Source of the DNA: an uncultured Kineosporia sp. | GTDB lineage: Bacteria > Actinomycetota > Actinomycetes > Actinomycetales > Kineosporiaceae | Length of the DNA stretch: 55,443 bases | Assembly (NCBI GenBank): GCA_964250315.1 | Contig: CAXUFS010000002.1 | Span: 1-55,443, forward strand | Direction: 5' to 3' | Shown here: positions 27,211-35,335 of the stretch, piece after piece | Numbering within the stretch: the first letter of the stretch is position 1 | Layout: every line of letters begins with the position of its first letter | Notes under the pieces: generated by a model | Told to the model about the DNA's origin: nothing | What the model saw: the letters and a program-made list of their open reading frames with translations, nothing else | The model's database searches: none | Position numbers and translations under genes: made by a program

Positions 27211-27978
27211 TCAGGCCCGGACCAGCCCGCCGTCGGCGAAGATAGTCTGGCCCGTCACGAAGGCGCAGTCGTCGGATGTCAGGAACGACATCGGGCCGAC
27301 GAGGTCCGACGGCTCCGAACTCCGCTTGATGGCCTGCATCTCGGCGATCATCGCGAACTCGTCATCGCTGCTGCCGCCCATCGAGCCTGATCCGCGGCTG
27401 AGGGCGCCTGGGGTCCGGGTCAGGTTCGGCGCGATCGCGTTGACGGTGATGCCGCTGGGAGCCAGCTCCGTGGCCAGGGCGCGGGTGAATCCGACGACCG
27501 CCCCCTTGCTGCTCACGTAGTGCACGAAGCCGGAGACGACCAGGCCAAGAGTGTTGGAGGTGATATTGACGATGCGGCCCCAGCCGTTCTCACGCATCAG
27601 TGGGACCAGATTCTGGGCAGTCAGGAACATTCCGTCCACGTTCACCGCATGGACCCGCCGCCAGTCGGCGAAGGTGATGTCCTCGAACGGCTGAAGCGGA
27701 TATATGCCGGCGTTGTTGACGAGGATGTCGCAGCGCCCGAACCGGTTCCGTACCGCGCCGACGAGGCCGGCGACCTGCTCCTCGTCGGTGATGTCACAGC
27801 GCACCCACAGGCTTTCGGCACCCTGGGCCTTAACCAAGGCCTCGGTCTCGGTGCACTCCTGCCGGTCCACCAGGACGACGTGGCGCCCATCCCGGGCCAG
27901 CCGCTCTGCGAATGCCTGCCCGAGGCCTTGCGCAGCACCGGTGACGACGGCGACCCGTTTACTGACAGCGTCTTCCAT
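27211..27978 (-). CDS. SDR-family oxidoreductase
   Basis: N-terminus is MEDAVSKRVAVVTGAAQGLGQAFAERLARDGRHVVLVD, with NNAG and YVSSK motifs further on. Confidence 0.85.
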   Translation of the reverse strand: MEDAVSKRVAVVTGAAQGLGQAFAERLARDGRHVVLVDRQECTETEALVKAQGAESLWVRCDITDEEQVAGLVGAVRNRFGRCDILVNNAGIYPLQPFEDITFADWRRVHAVNVDGMFLTAQNLVPLMRENGWGRIVNITSNTLGLVVSGFVHYVSSKGAVVGFTRALATELAPSGITVNAIAPNLTRTPGALSRGSGSMGGSSDDEFAMIAEMQAIKRSSEPSDLVGPMSFLTSDDCAFVTGQTIFADGGLVRA

Positions 27979-28054
27979 GAGCTGACCCTTCGTTGTGATT
28001 TTTCCAGAATTGCATCACAGAACGTAAATCGTTACCGGAGAATCGCATTCAGCG

Positions 28055-28840
28055 CTATGTGCCCACGATCGCCCCGGCGTCCACCGTCCAGGTGGCTCCG
28101 GTGACCTGGGCCGTGACATCCGAACCCAGCAGGCAGACAATCTTCGCCACCTCGGCGGGAGAGTTGAGCCGGCCCAGCGGCAGCTTGCGCATCACCGTCG
28201 CGAAGTGGTCGTGCGCGCTCTCCCGGTCCAAGCCGAGTCCTGCTCCCAGACTGTCCAGGAAGTCGTCCATGGCCGGCGTCCGCGTGGGCCCGGGCGCCAC
28301 GCAGTTGGAGCGGATACCGCGAGGCCCGAATTCGATGGAGAGCGACTTCGACAGGCTCACCACGGCGGCCTTGGAGACCGCATAGTCGACGAAGAAAGGG
28401 TCCGGCTGCCGGGCGGCGTCGCTGGCCAGATTGACCAAGGCGCCCCGGCCCCGCTCGAGCATTCCGGGGATCACCGCCCGGGCAGCGCGGACGAGGGAAA
28501 AGACGTTGACGGCCAGGGTGGCCTGCCAGTCCTCGTCGCGCACGGTGAGGAAACCGTTCCGGAATGGCGCCACACCGACGTTGTTGACCAGCACGTCCAC
28601 GGCTCCGAACGCGTCCTCCACCGCTGCAGCGGCCTGCTCGATCGCCCCCGGCTCGCGGACGTCGCACGCCAGGGCCAGCACTTCCGGGCCGAGCGCGTCG
28701 GCAGCGGACCGGGGATTCAGGTCCAGCACGGCGACCCGGCTGCCAGCCGCGAGGTACTCGGCGGCGCAGGCCAGGCCAATCCCCTGGGAGCCGCCAGTGA
28801 TCAGCACTGACCGGCCCTCGAGTCCGAGCTCCATGCGCAC
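28055..28840 (-). CDS. SDR-family oxidoreductase
   Basis: N-terminus is LEGRSVLITGGSQGIGLACAAEYLAAGSRVAVLD, with NNVG and YAVSKAA motifs further on. Confidence 0.85.
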   Translation of the reverse strand: MRMELGLEGRSVLITGGSQGIGLACAAEYLAAGSRVAVLDLNPRSAADALGPEVLALACDVREPGAIEQAAAAVEDAFGAVDVLVNNVGVAPFRNGFLTVRDEDWQATLAVNVFSLVRAARAVIPGMLERGRGALVNLASDAARQPDPFFVDYAVSKAAVVSLSKSLSIEFGPRGIRSNCVAPGPTRTPAMDDFLDSLGAGLGLDRESAHDHFATVMRKLPLGRLNSPAEVAKIVCLLGSDVTAQVTGATWTVDAGAIVGT

Positions 28841-29039
28841 CCTCGCACCCTCGCCACAGCAATGGGACGTGATGGCCTTAACGATCCCCGGCTGGGGTTG
28901 AGCGGTCCACGCTTTTCTGTTTCCCAGAATCCCTCTCGGCCCTTCAGACCTCCTGCCGCGGGATGAGCCTACGGTCGTCAGGGCCCGGAGTGACCGCGTG
29001 GTTGCGTCTGAGCGGGTCAGCGGCTCAGCAGCGTCCCGG

Positions 29040-29627
29040 CGGGGAGGACCAGTGGAGTCATTCCAGCGGTGCTGACCACGAGCGGCCTCGCTGCTCCTCC
29101 CGGCCGGAACGGTTCACCCGCTCTGCGCCGGGAAGGGGATCCTGGGCTCCGATTACTCCACGTGTGGGCGTCGCGCCGATGAGGCGATTGATGTTCTGCG
29201 GGCGCTGTGGGCCAGCGGAGCCGAGGGGGCGGCCTTCGAGGGTGACTTCTTCCGTTTCCGTCCGATGACCAGCTTCCCGAAGCCGGTTGGGGTTTCGACC
29301 CTTCCGGTCCATGTCGGCGGATCGAGCATGGCCGCCGCTCGCCGGGCCGGTGAGCGTGGTGACGGCTTCTTTCCCGGCGGCTGGCTGCCACCGGCGCAGC
29401 GGGCAGCGCACCTGGAGCACATGCGGACCTGTGCCATCGCCGCCGGGCGGCGGGACCCCGACCGGCTGGAGGTGACGCGCTGGGCCTCGTTGGAGCTCGA
29501 TCCGGCAGGAGCCGAATCCTTGGCTGAGCAGGGGGCCGGCCGCCTGGTCGTGCCGCTGACCGCCGCGGACGACGATGGCCGCAGCCGCCAACTGGAGGAG
29601 TTCGCTGAGCGCCACGGACTCGGATGA
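29040..29627 (+). pseudogene. Remnant of an LLM-class (luciferase-like, F420-type) oxidoreductase
   Basis: The frame containing track ORF 29265..29627 reads, from 29076 on, ...GSDYSTCGRRADEAIDVLRALWASGAEGAAFEGDFFRFRPMTSFPKPVGVSTLPVHVGGSSMAAARRAGERGDGFF... This is an LLM C-terminal half. The expected upstream segment (compare PAVL...GGR..G.G.GW in the intact paralogue 37026..37907) appears only as fragments in two other frames (IPAVLTTSGL / ERFTRSAPGRGSW). The N-terminal roughly 100 aa are absent. The 5' boundary is uncertain. Confidence 0.5.
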
Positions 29628-29674
29628 GGCTGCGGATTGCAGACCGTGACGACCGGCTTACAAGCCGCCGGACA

Positions 29675-30199
29675 TCAGCCGACCGGCGTGTCCTGGTACT
29701 CCGGTGTGAGTTCGGTCCAGCGCGCGTGCCAGGCGGCGGCCGGCCTCTCCTCCGACCAGCCGCTGGGGTGTGCGGGAAGGTCGCTCGCGAGCGAGCGTGC
29801 GAGATCCTCCAGGTGGACCTGCCAGCCGGCTCCGAAGAAGTGGAGCGAGCCGACCGGGATTCCGCGCTCCTCGACTACGAGCCTGGTCCGGGGTCCCTCC
29901 GCGGTGAGCCACGCTTCGATCTGGCACTCATCGCCGGTGCCTGGCTCCGTCGTCAGCAACAGATGGTGCGGGGCGTCGCAGATCTCGATCCTGGCCGGCC
30001 CGGTCCAGGTGCTGGTGAAGACCGCGTGGACCATCCCACCCTCACGCAGATCGCCGGAGACCTCGGCAATCCACCGTGCAAGTCGTTCCGGCGTGGTGCA
30101 TGCCTCCCAGAGATCGTTGATGCCGGTGTCGTACATGTTCTCCACGCGGACCGCTCCGCGAGTCTGGCCCAGCGCCCGCATCGTCCCGATGATCTTCAC
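29675..30199 (-). CDS. SRPBCC-family protein (AHSA1/START-like)
   Basis: RVENMYDTGINDLWEACTTPERLARWIAEVSGDLREGG... has the AHSA1-like pattern. GTG 30199 forms a GTGA overlap with the ArsR stop. This is the classic ArsR-SRPBCC pair. Confidence 0.75.
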   Translation of the reverse strand: MKIIGTMRALGQTRGAVRVENMYDTGINDLWEACTTPERLARWIAEVSGDLREGGMVHAVFTSTWTGPARIEICDAPHHLLLTTEPGTGDECQIEAWLTAEGPRTRLVVEERGIPVGSLHFFGAGWQVHLEDLARSLASDLPAHPSGWSEERPAAAWHARWTELTPEYQDTPVG

Positions 30200-30513
30200 T
30201 TCTGCGCCTTCTTTCCTCGTCTGATTTCTGTGTGCAGGGCATCGAGCCGGTTCTGCCACAGCCCGCGGTACTCCTCCAGCCACTGGTCGACCTCGATGAG
30301 CGCCTCTGGCCGCAAGCTGTAGATCCTTCGCTGCGCCTCTCGGCGGACCTCGACCAGCCCGGCCTCCCGCAGAACTCGCAAGTGGCGCGATACGCCGGGC
30401 CGGGCGATCGGCAGCGCCCCGGCCAGTTCGCCGGCCGTGGCCGGGTGCTGGCGCAGAATCTGCAGCACCGTGCGGCGGCTCTGGTCGGCCAGCGCCTGCA
30501 ACACCGCGTCCAT
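30196..30513 (-). CDS. ArsR/SmtB-family transcriptional regulator
   Basis: The wHTH is LADQSRRTVLQILRQHPATAGELAGALPIARPGVSRHLRVLREAGLVEVRREAQRRIYSL. Confidence 0.85.
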   Translation of the reverse strand: MDAVLQALADQSRRTVLQILRQHPATAGELAGALPIARPGVSRHLRVLREAGLVEVRREAQRRIYSLRPEALIEVDQWLEEYRGLWQNRLDALHTEIRRGKKAQK

Positions 30514-30719
30514 CCCGGTAAGGTACCTAAGTGGTTATGTAACTGCAAGGGTACATTGGCCAGGTGGTCGCCGGGACGGCGCGGCGATGGGTCTGGAGCG
30601 ATTGCCTGTCTGCTGGCAGCGTGAACGTGTCCGATGTACGGGAGCCGGCCAGGCCCTTCGAGCGTGATGATCGAGATGTCTCGCTCACGGGGTGGCCACT
30701 TTCATGCAGGAGGTTCTTG

Positions 30720-31022
30720 GTGCTCATCGCTATCCTCGACTTCAGTACCGATGCCGCCGATCGTCCTGCTGCGCTTGCTCACTTCGAAGCGGAGCGTGAT
30801 CAGATACAGGCCATGCGGGGAAACGCCGGCTTCCGGGTCTATGCCTCGCGGGAGGACCCAGGTGGCGTCACCGTCGTGCACGAGTGGGACGACGAGGCGT
30901 CGTTCGGCGGCTATCTCGGATCTGATTCGTTCGCGCGTCTGGGCGAGGTGATCCGGCCGCTGATGACCGGCCCGCCGGTGAGCCGCCGCTTCCGGGCTGA
31001 TCTGCTGGAAACAGTCGTCTGA
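30720..31022 (+). CDS. ABM-domain (antibiotic biosynthesis monooxygenase-like) protein
   Basis: GTG 30720 lies 6 nt after AGGAGG (30708-30713). VLIAILDFSTDAADRPAALAHFEAERDQIQAMRGNAGFRVYASREDPGGVTVVHEWDDEASF matches the ABM pattern. Confidence 0.7.
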   Translation: MLIAILDFSTDAADRPAALAHFEAERDQIQAMRGNAGFRVYASREDPGGVTVVHEWDDEASFGGYLGSDSFARLGEVIRPLMTGPPVSRRFRADLLETVV

Positions 31023-31071
31023 CCGGCTTGGCCGTTGAAGGTCCTGCGATCGGTGCGATGAGGGACCGGCG

Positions 31072-31816
31072 ATGACCCGCCCGGCGTACAGCTTCGTGCG
31101 CACCTTTGCCCCGGTCGCTGACCAGGACCTTTGCGTCGACCGCCACTATTTGCTCTGCGTTTCCGCCGGCGTCCTCAGGCTGGAGGCGCAGAGTCAGGCG
31201 TGGCTCCTGCCGCCGGCCCGAGCTGCACTGGTTCGGGCCGACCAGCACATCAGGGTGAGTATTCCGAGGCCGGCCACCACCTCGTCAGTCCTGTTCAGTA
31301 CCGGGTTCATTGCCACCCCGCCGCCAATGCCCTTGACGGTGTTCGACCTCAGTCCGCTCGCGCGGGCGCTGGTGACCGAATGCAGTGGCTGGGGCGAGAG
31401 CGACGAGGCGCTTCCGGCGTACGCCGAGAAACTGTTCGCCGCTCTCGCCACGGTGACGTGGCGGCTGGCCGAACAGCCGAGCCCGGTGGTGGTACCGGCA
31501 GGACGGACGCCGGAACTGCGCCGGGCGCTGCAGTTGACCGAGCAGCGGCTCGGCGACGACATCCGCTTCGAGGACGCGGCCCTGGTGGCCGGCCTTGCCC
31601 CCCGGTCGCTGGCTCGCCGCTTCGAGGAGGAGACCGGCATGACCTGGCGAGCGGTGCTGCGCCGGATGCGCGTGCTGCGAGCGATCGAGGAACTCGCCGC
31701 CGGTGACCGCGATCGCATTCAAGGTTGGATATACGTCGATGTCAGCGTTCAACAGCGCCTTCCGGGAACTGACCGGTCGCACGCCCACCGACTATCGGGC
31801 CAGCTTCCGGCTCTGA
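31072..31816 (+). pseudogene. AraC-family transcriptional regulator with a +1 frameshift inside the C-terminal HTH domain
   Basis: The track frame reads ...MRVLRAIEELAAGDRDRIQGWIYVDVSVQQ..., which is non-AraC. The next frame, from about 31700, reads PPVTAIAFKVGYTSMSAFNSAFRELTGRTPTDYRASFRL*. This is the canonical second AraC HTH, ending at TGA 31814-31816. The shift maps to the GC run cgccgccgg at about 31693-31705. It could be a true mutation or a 1-nt assembly error. Confidence 0.6.
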
Positions 31817-31888
31817 CCTTCGGGTCCTCATCCGCAGCTGCCGCGTGGCGCACCCCGGCCAGCCAGCGTTCCGTTCTCAGAGAGGCGA

Positions 31889-32257
31889 TCAGCGGTATTC
31901 GGCGATGACTTCGATCTTGCCGACGATATTGTGGTTGAGATCTTCGAGTTCGCCGGCCGGTATCCAGTATTCGAGGATTGTCCGGCCACCCACTTGCTGC
32001 ACCTGGTATCGATCCATGAATGACTTCTTCACCCTGAACCGAGTCACGTACCCCACGCCACTTGCCTTCACGTTCCAGTCGCGGGCGATCTTGATCGCGT
32101 ACTCCTCGTTCAGTACGGGGTAGAAGATGGGCTGGCCGGGAAGGCGAGGCGGCCAAGCGGTCCAGCTACTTGCCTTGACGAGAGCTAACTCCTCGGGTCC
32201 GGTCGGGCGCCACAGCGTTATCGTCGGTTCTCTGGTCACGCGGATCAGTCTCGCCAA
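31889..32257 (-). CDS. Conserved protein of unknown function (122 aa)
   Basis: I recognise WRPTGPEELALVKASSWTAWPPRLPGQPIFYPVLNEEYAIKIARDWNV...YVTRFRV...YQVQQVGGRTILEYWIPAGELEDLNHNIVGKIEV as a widespread uncharacterised family. This is from memory and was not searched. The DNA here is visibly AT-richer. Confidence 0.6.
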   Translation of the reverse strand: MARLIRVTREPTITLWRPTGPEELALVKASSWTAWPPRLPGQPIFYPVLNEEYAIKIARDWNVKASGVGYVTRFRVKKSFMDRYQVQQVGGRTILEYWIPAGELEDLNHNIVGKIEVIAEYR

Positions 32258-32317
32258 TACACCATTGGCGCGGAGACGACTTCGAAAGGCGCCGTTCCAG
32301 GATGCGAACCGGTCCGG

Positions 32318-33538
32318 CTAGCTGGCCTCCGGTATGAGCGGAATGCTGATCGCTTGTGCTCCGGTACGGGCGGTCACGGCCGTGGGGTCTTGGCCAGGCG
32401 CAAGTCCAGGAGGAAGGCTCAACATGTAGGACTGTCCAGGCCAGCCGACCACCGTGAGTGGCCGTCCGAGCATGAGATTGACGACAGTTCCATCCTGATG
32501 GGTCACGGTGGCTACCGGCGTTCCTTGCGGCAGGACCGTCGTGCTGCGCAGAGCTTTCGCGGCCGCCACGATCAGGGCGTTGCTGCTGGTGAAGGCGTGG
32601 GTCAGGATTCTTGGCCCTGGCGCCCCGAGTACCGCGCCATAGATGGTGTAGATCCGTCCGCCGATCAGCTTCTGCGCGGCGAACAGGAGGCATCCTCCGG
32701 CTGCCCGGGTCGAGCCAGTCTTGATACCGACGACACCGTGAGCCCCCAGCAGCCTATTAGTGTTCCTGATCTTGTTCAGCGGGATGCTGGCGCGTCTTGT
32801 CTGGACGATGGAAGCGAAGGTGGAGTCGCGCATGGCCACGCCAGCGAGCTTGATCAGATCGCGTGGATTGCTGCGTGAGCGAGCGTTCAGGCCCGAGGTA
32901 TCCGCGTAATGCGTTGATGGAAGCCCCATATTCGTGGCGAGGGCATTCATCTTCGTCACGAAGGTGGCGATACTGCCGGCGTCCCATCGAGCCAGGATGT
33001 CGGCCGCATTGTTGCCGGAGGCGATGAGAAGACCTTGCAGGGCTTGGCGTTCGGTGAGCGTCGGGCCTGCCTTGACCTTGACGAGTGACTCGCCGGCCCG
33101 CTTGCGCCGGGCATACGAGTCGGCTTCGGCGCGGGTCACGCGGATCACCGGCCCGTTCTGCCCCTCGGCCAGCGGATGATCACGTAGGACGACGAGGGCG
33201 GTCATCACCTTCGTAACGCTGGCGATGGGACTGGCCCGCTGCATACCCGAGGTACCCAGCTCTCCCACCCCGGCTACCTCGAGTCCGGCCTGCCCCGCCT
33301 TGGGCCAGGGCATTGGGACAATGGCTCCGGGGACAAGCACGTCACTGGTCACGACGAGGCTGGCCACTGTGGCGGGCCCAGCCGGGGTGCTGGGAGAGAT
33401 CGCCGGTGCGGGAACCAGGGATGAAACCAGGCTCGAGGGGCTGAGCTGGCCCCCGCCCACGCCGGTAGAGGCGGCCGCTACCGCGGCCAATCCGGCGATC
33501 AGGGCGGCCCAGGGCCGCCGGCATTCACTTCGAGGCAC
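32318..33538 (-). CDS. D-alanyl-D-alanine carboxypeptidase (serine peptidase S11 / low-MW PBP)
   Basis: It has a signal peptide and the three PBP motifs: SVTK (IASVTKVMTALVVL), SGN (LIASGNNAADIL) and KTG (GIKTGSTRAAG). Confidence 0.85.
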   Translation of the reverse strand: MPRSECRRPWAALIAGLAAVAAASTGVGGGQLSPSSLVSSLVPAPAISPSTPAGPATVASLVVTSDVLVPGAIVPMPWPKAGQAGLEVAGVGELGTSGMQRASPIASVTKVMTALVVLRDHPLAEGQNGPVIRVTRAEADSYARRKRAGESLVKVKAGPTLTERQALQGLLIASGNNAADILARWDAGSIATFVTKMNALATNMGLPSTHYADTSGLNARSRSNPRDLIKLAGVAMRDSTFASIVQTRRASIPLNKIRNTNRLLGAHGVVGIKTGSTRAAGGCLLFAAQKLIGGRIYTIYGAVLGAPGPRILTHAFTSSNALIVAAAKALRSTTVLPQGTPVATVTHQDGTVVNLMLGRPLTVVGWPGQSYMLSLPPGLAPGQDPTAVTARTGAQAISIPLIPEAS

Positions 33539-33661
33539 ACGAATCCTTGAGGAACAGAAAACCGAGGACCACCGCTAGCTATCAAGCGTAGCTGAGAGTG
33601 ACTTCCGGTTTGGAGTCCCGGTCTCCATTGCGAACATATGATTACCTGCTAATGTCTTCAT

Positions 33662-33973
33662 GTGTCGCAGTCAGAGCCACTCGCCCCCGGAGCACTGGAA
33701 GCCGCCAGTGGATTGCTCAAGGCGCTGGCATCCCCAATCCGCCTCGCGGTGATCGGAGCGCTGGCGGAGGGGCCGCTGTGTGTTCACGAACTGCTGGAAT
33801 CACTCACCGCGAGTCAATCCCTGCTGTCGCAGCATCTTCGGGTACTGCGAGGCGTTGGACTGGTGAGTACCGAGCGGCGAGGCCGCGAGATCGCCTATCG
33901 GCTTACTGATCAGCACGTGGCGCACATCGTGCGCGACGCCATTTCTCATGTTCAGGAGGACCACGCATCATGA
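33662..33973 (+). CDS. ArsR/SmtB-family metalloregulator
   Basis: LKALASPIRLAVIGALAEGPLCVHELLESLTASQSLLSQHLRVLRGVGLVSTERRGREIAYRL, with a C-terminal HIVRDAISHVQEDH that supplies alpha5-site-like His/Asp/Glu candidates. The start is GTG. The stop overlaps the next ATG (ATGA at 33970-33973). Confidence 0.85.
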   Translation: MSQSEPLAPGALEAASGLLKALASPIRLAVIGALAEGPLCVHELLESLTASQSLLSQHLRVLRGVGLVSTERRGREIAYRLTDQHVAHIVRDAISHVQEDHAS

Positions 33974-34284
33974 CCACCAGCACGACCGATACCAGCGGGG
34001 CTCACCACCATGCGGCGACCGAGCACACCCATGGTGAAGGTTGCGGACACGTCTCGTTCAGGCACGGCAACCATGTCGAATACGTCCACGATGGCCACCT
34101 GCACCGTGCTCATGAGGAGCACTACGACGACTGCGAGCCGTCGGAGCACGCCGAGCACTCCGCGCATGACCACGTACACGGACCGGACTGCGGTCATGCC
34201 GGCGTCCCGCACCTGGGCCACATCGACTACCTCCACGACGGTCACCGCCACGCGGCTCACGACGATCACTGGGACGACCACTGA
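33970..34284 (+). CDS. Histidine-rich tandem-repeat protein (putative metal-binding; uncharacterised)
   Basis: 104 aa with 27 His and 3 Cys, counted by hand. There are two 37-aa repeats. Residues 19-55 are HTHGEGCGHVSFRHGNHVEYVHDGHLHRAHEEHYDDC. Residues 68-104 are HVHGPDCGHAGVPHLGHIDYLHDGHRHAAHDDHWDDH. It is translationally coupled to the SmtB-like gene. Confidence 0.7.
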   Translation: MTTSTTDTSGAHHHAATEHTHGEGCGHVSFRHGNHVEYVHDGHLHRAHEEHYDDCEPSEHAEHSAHDHVHGPDCGHAGVPHLGHIDYLHDGHRHAAHDDHWDDH

Positions 34285-34357
34285 ATCCCGAAGTCAGCTC
34301 TGCTGAGTTCGCCCGGCGTATGACCCGTAGTCTGAACGCTCCAGGAAGGGCAGGTAG

Positions 34358-34837
34358 GTGATCGTGGCGGTGACCGACCGGCGGCACGTCCATCGGGACG
34401 GATTGCGTAACGGCACGAGCATGCGCGTGACCAGGCAAGGGGAGATGGTCGTCGAGGCCCTGGCCCAGACCGACGCCTTCAGCAGTGCCCAGGATCTCTA
34501 TGCCCAGATGAAGAACGACGGTACGCCGGTCGGACTGGCCACGATCTATCGGCACCTGCAGGTGCTGGCCAATCGTGGCCAGGTCGACGTCGTCCGTACC
34601 GCCGACGGGCAGAGTCTCTACCGGGCCTGTGCGACAGGTCGCCACCACCACCACCTGGTGTGCCGGTTCTGCGGCCGCACCGTCGAGGTTCTTGCCGCGA
34701 GTATCGAGCGATGGGCTGAGAAGACCGCGGCCGCGGAAGGTTTCGTCGACGTCGAACACACGATGGAGATCTACGGGACCTGCGCGGAATGCGGGTCCGA
34801 GCGGCCTGCCCCGGCTGTTCCCAACTCAGGTCGTTGA
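34358..34837 (+). CDS. Fur-family transcriptional regulator (Zur-like)
   Basis: RVTRQGEMVVEALAQTDAFSSAQDLYAQMKNDGTPVGLATIYRHLQVLANRGQVD is followed by GRHHHHLVCRFCGRTVEV and GTCAECG, which give the CxxC pairs and His cluster. The Zur assignment rests on context only. Confidence 0.8.
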   Translation: MIVAVTDRRHVHRDGLRNGTSMRVTRQGEMVVEALAQTDAFSSAQDLYAQMKNDGTPVGLATIYRHLQVLANRGQVDVVRTADGQSLYRACATGRHHHHLVCRFCGRTVEVLAASIERWAEKTAAAEGFVDVEHTMEIYGTCAECGSERPAPAVPNSGR

Positions 34838-34862
34838 GGCGGCACCGGTCCTCACTACGCGA

Positions 34863-35300
34863 TCACGCCCGGCTGTTCCACGATCTGGGACACTCGTGCT
34901 GGCCGGCAGTTAGCCGGCGTTGAGTTGATCGAGCAGGACGTCGGCGACCGGGCCGGCTGAGTACGGCGTCGGTGCGGCCAACGGCTGCTTCCTCGCTGTT
35001 GGTGAATGCATTGACGCGCTTGCCGCGAACGAGCGGTTCGCCGTCGGCGTCAACGACGTGGCGCAGCGCGGCAGGACCGTGGCATGTGGAGGAGACGGGT
35101 TTGCCAGCGCGCCACATATCCTGGATGAGGGCGATGGAGACAGGGTCTTCGGCGAGGTCGTACATGGGTCCGTGGCCGCCGGCATAGAAGAAGACGCGAG
35201 GCCATCCGGCGCCGCGAGATCCTGGTCATCCGGGAGGCCCCGCACCAAGAAGTGCGACCCGGCGCCACGAGCTGGTGTGGACCACGCAACGCTGACCACG
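34863..35300 (-). pseudogene. Remnant of a DJ-1/PfpI-family (type 1 glutamine amidotransferase-like) gene
   Basis: One frame reads ...GWPRVFFYAGGHGPMYDLAEDPVSIALIQDMWRAGKPVSSTCHGPAALRHVVDADGEPLVRGKRVNAFTNSEEAAVG, including the nucleophile elbow CHGP. An in-frame TGA lies just upstream. The N-terminal portion is in another frame. The expected roughly 70 aa after EEAAVG are missing, and the C-terminal tail (YSAGPVADVLLDQLNAG*) is in a different frame ending at 34910. Confidence 0.6.
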
Positions 35301-35335
35301 AAGTCAGCTGGCGCGGCGATAGCGGATGTGTGTGG

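Noticed and set aside
27994-28019. TGTGAT-N14-ATCACA inverted repeat between two SDR genes (CRP/GlxR-like half-sites), and a shared TTTCC(C)AGAAT motif at 28001-28010 and 28920-28930
   Set aside because: The half-site spacing (TGTGA-N16-TCACA) does not fit the canonical CRP-family TGTGA-N6-TCACA. The shared 10-11-mer occurs only twice, so chance cannot be excluded. I kept this as a note only.
33630-33665. Candidate SmtB operator (imperfect inverted repeat ACATATGA-N15-TCATGTGT and ATTA-N5-TAAT) overlapping the smtB-like start
   Set aside because: The arms are short and imperfect, and they do not match the 12-2-12 SmtB/ArsR consensus as I remember it. I also found no recognisable Zur box upstream of the Fur-family gene. 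This needs footprinting or comparative data.
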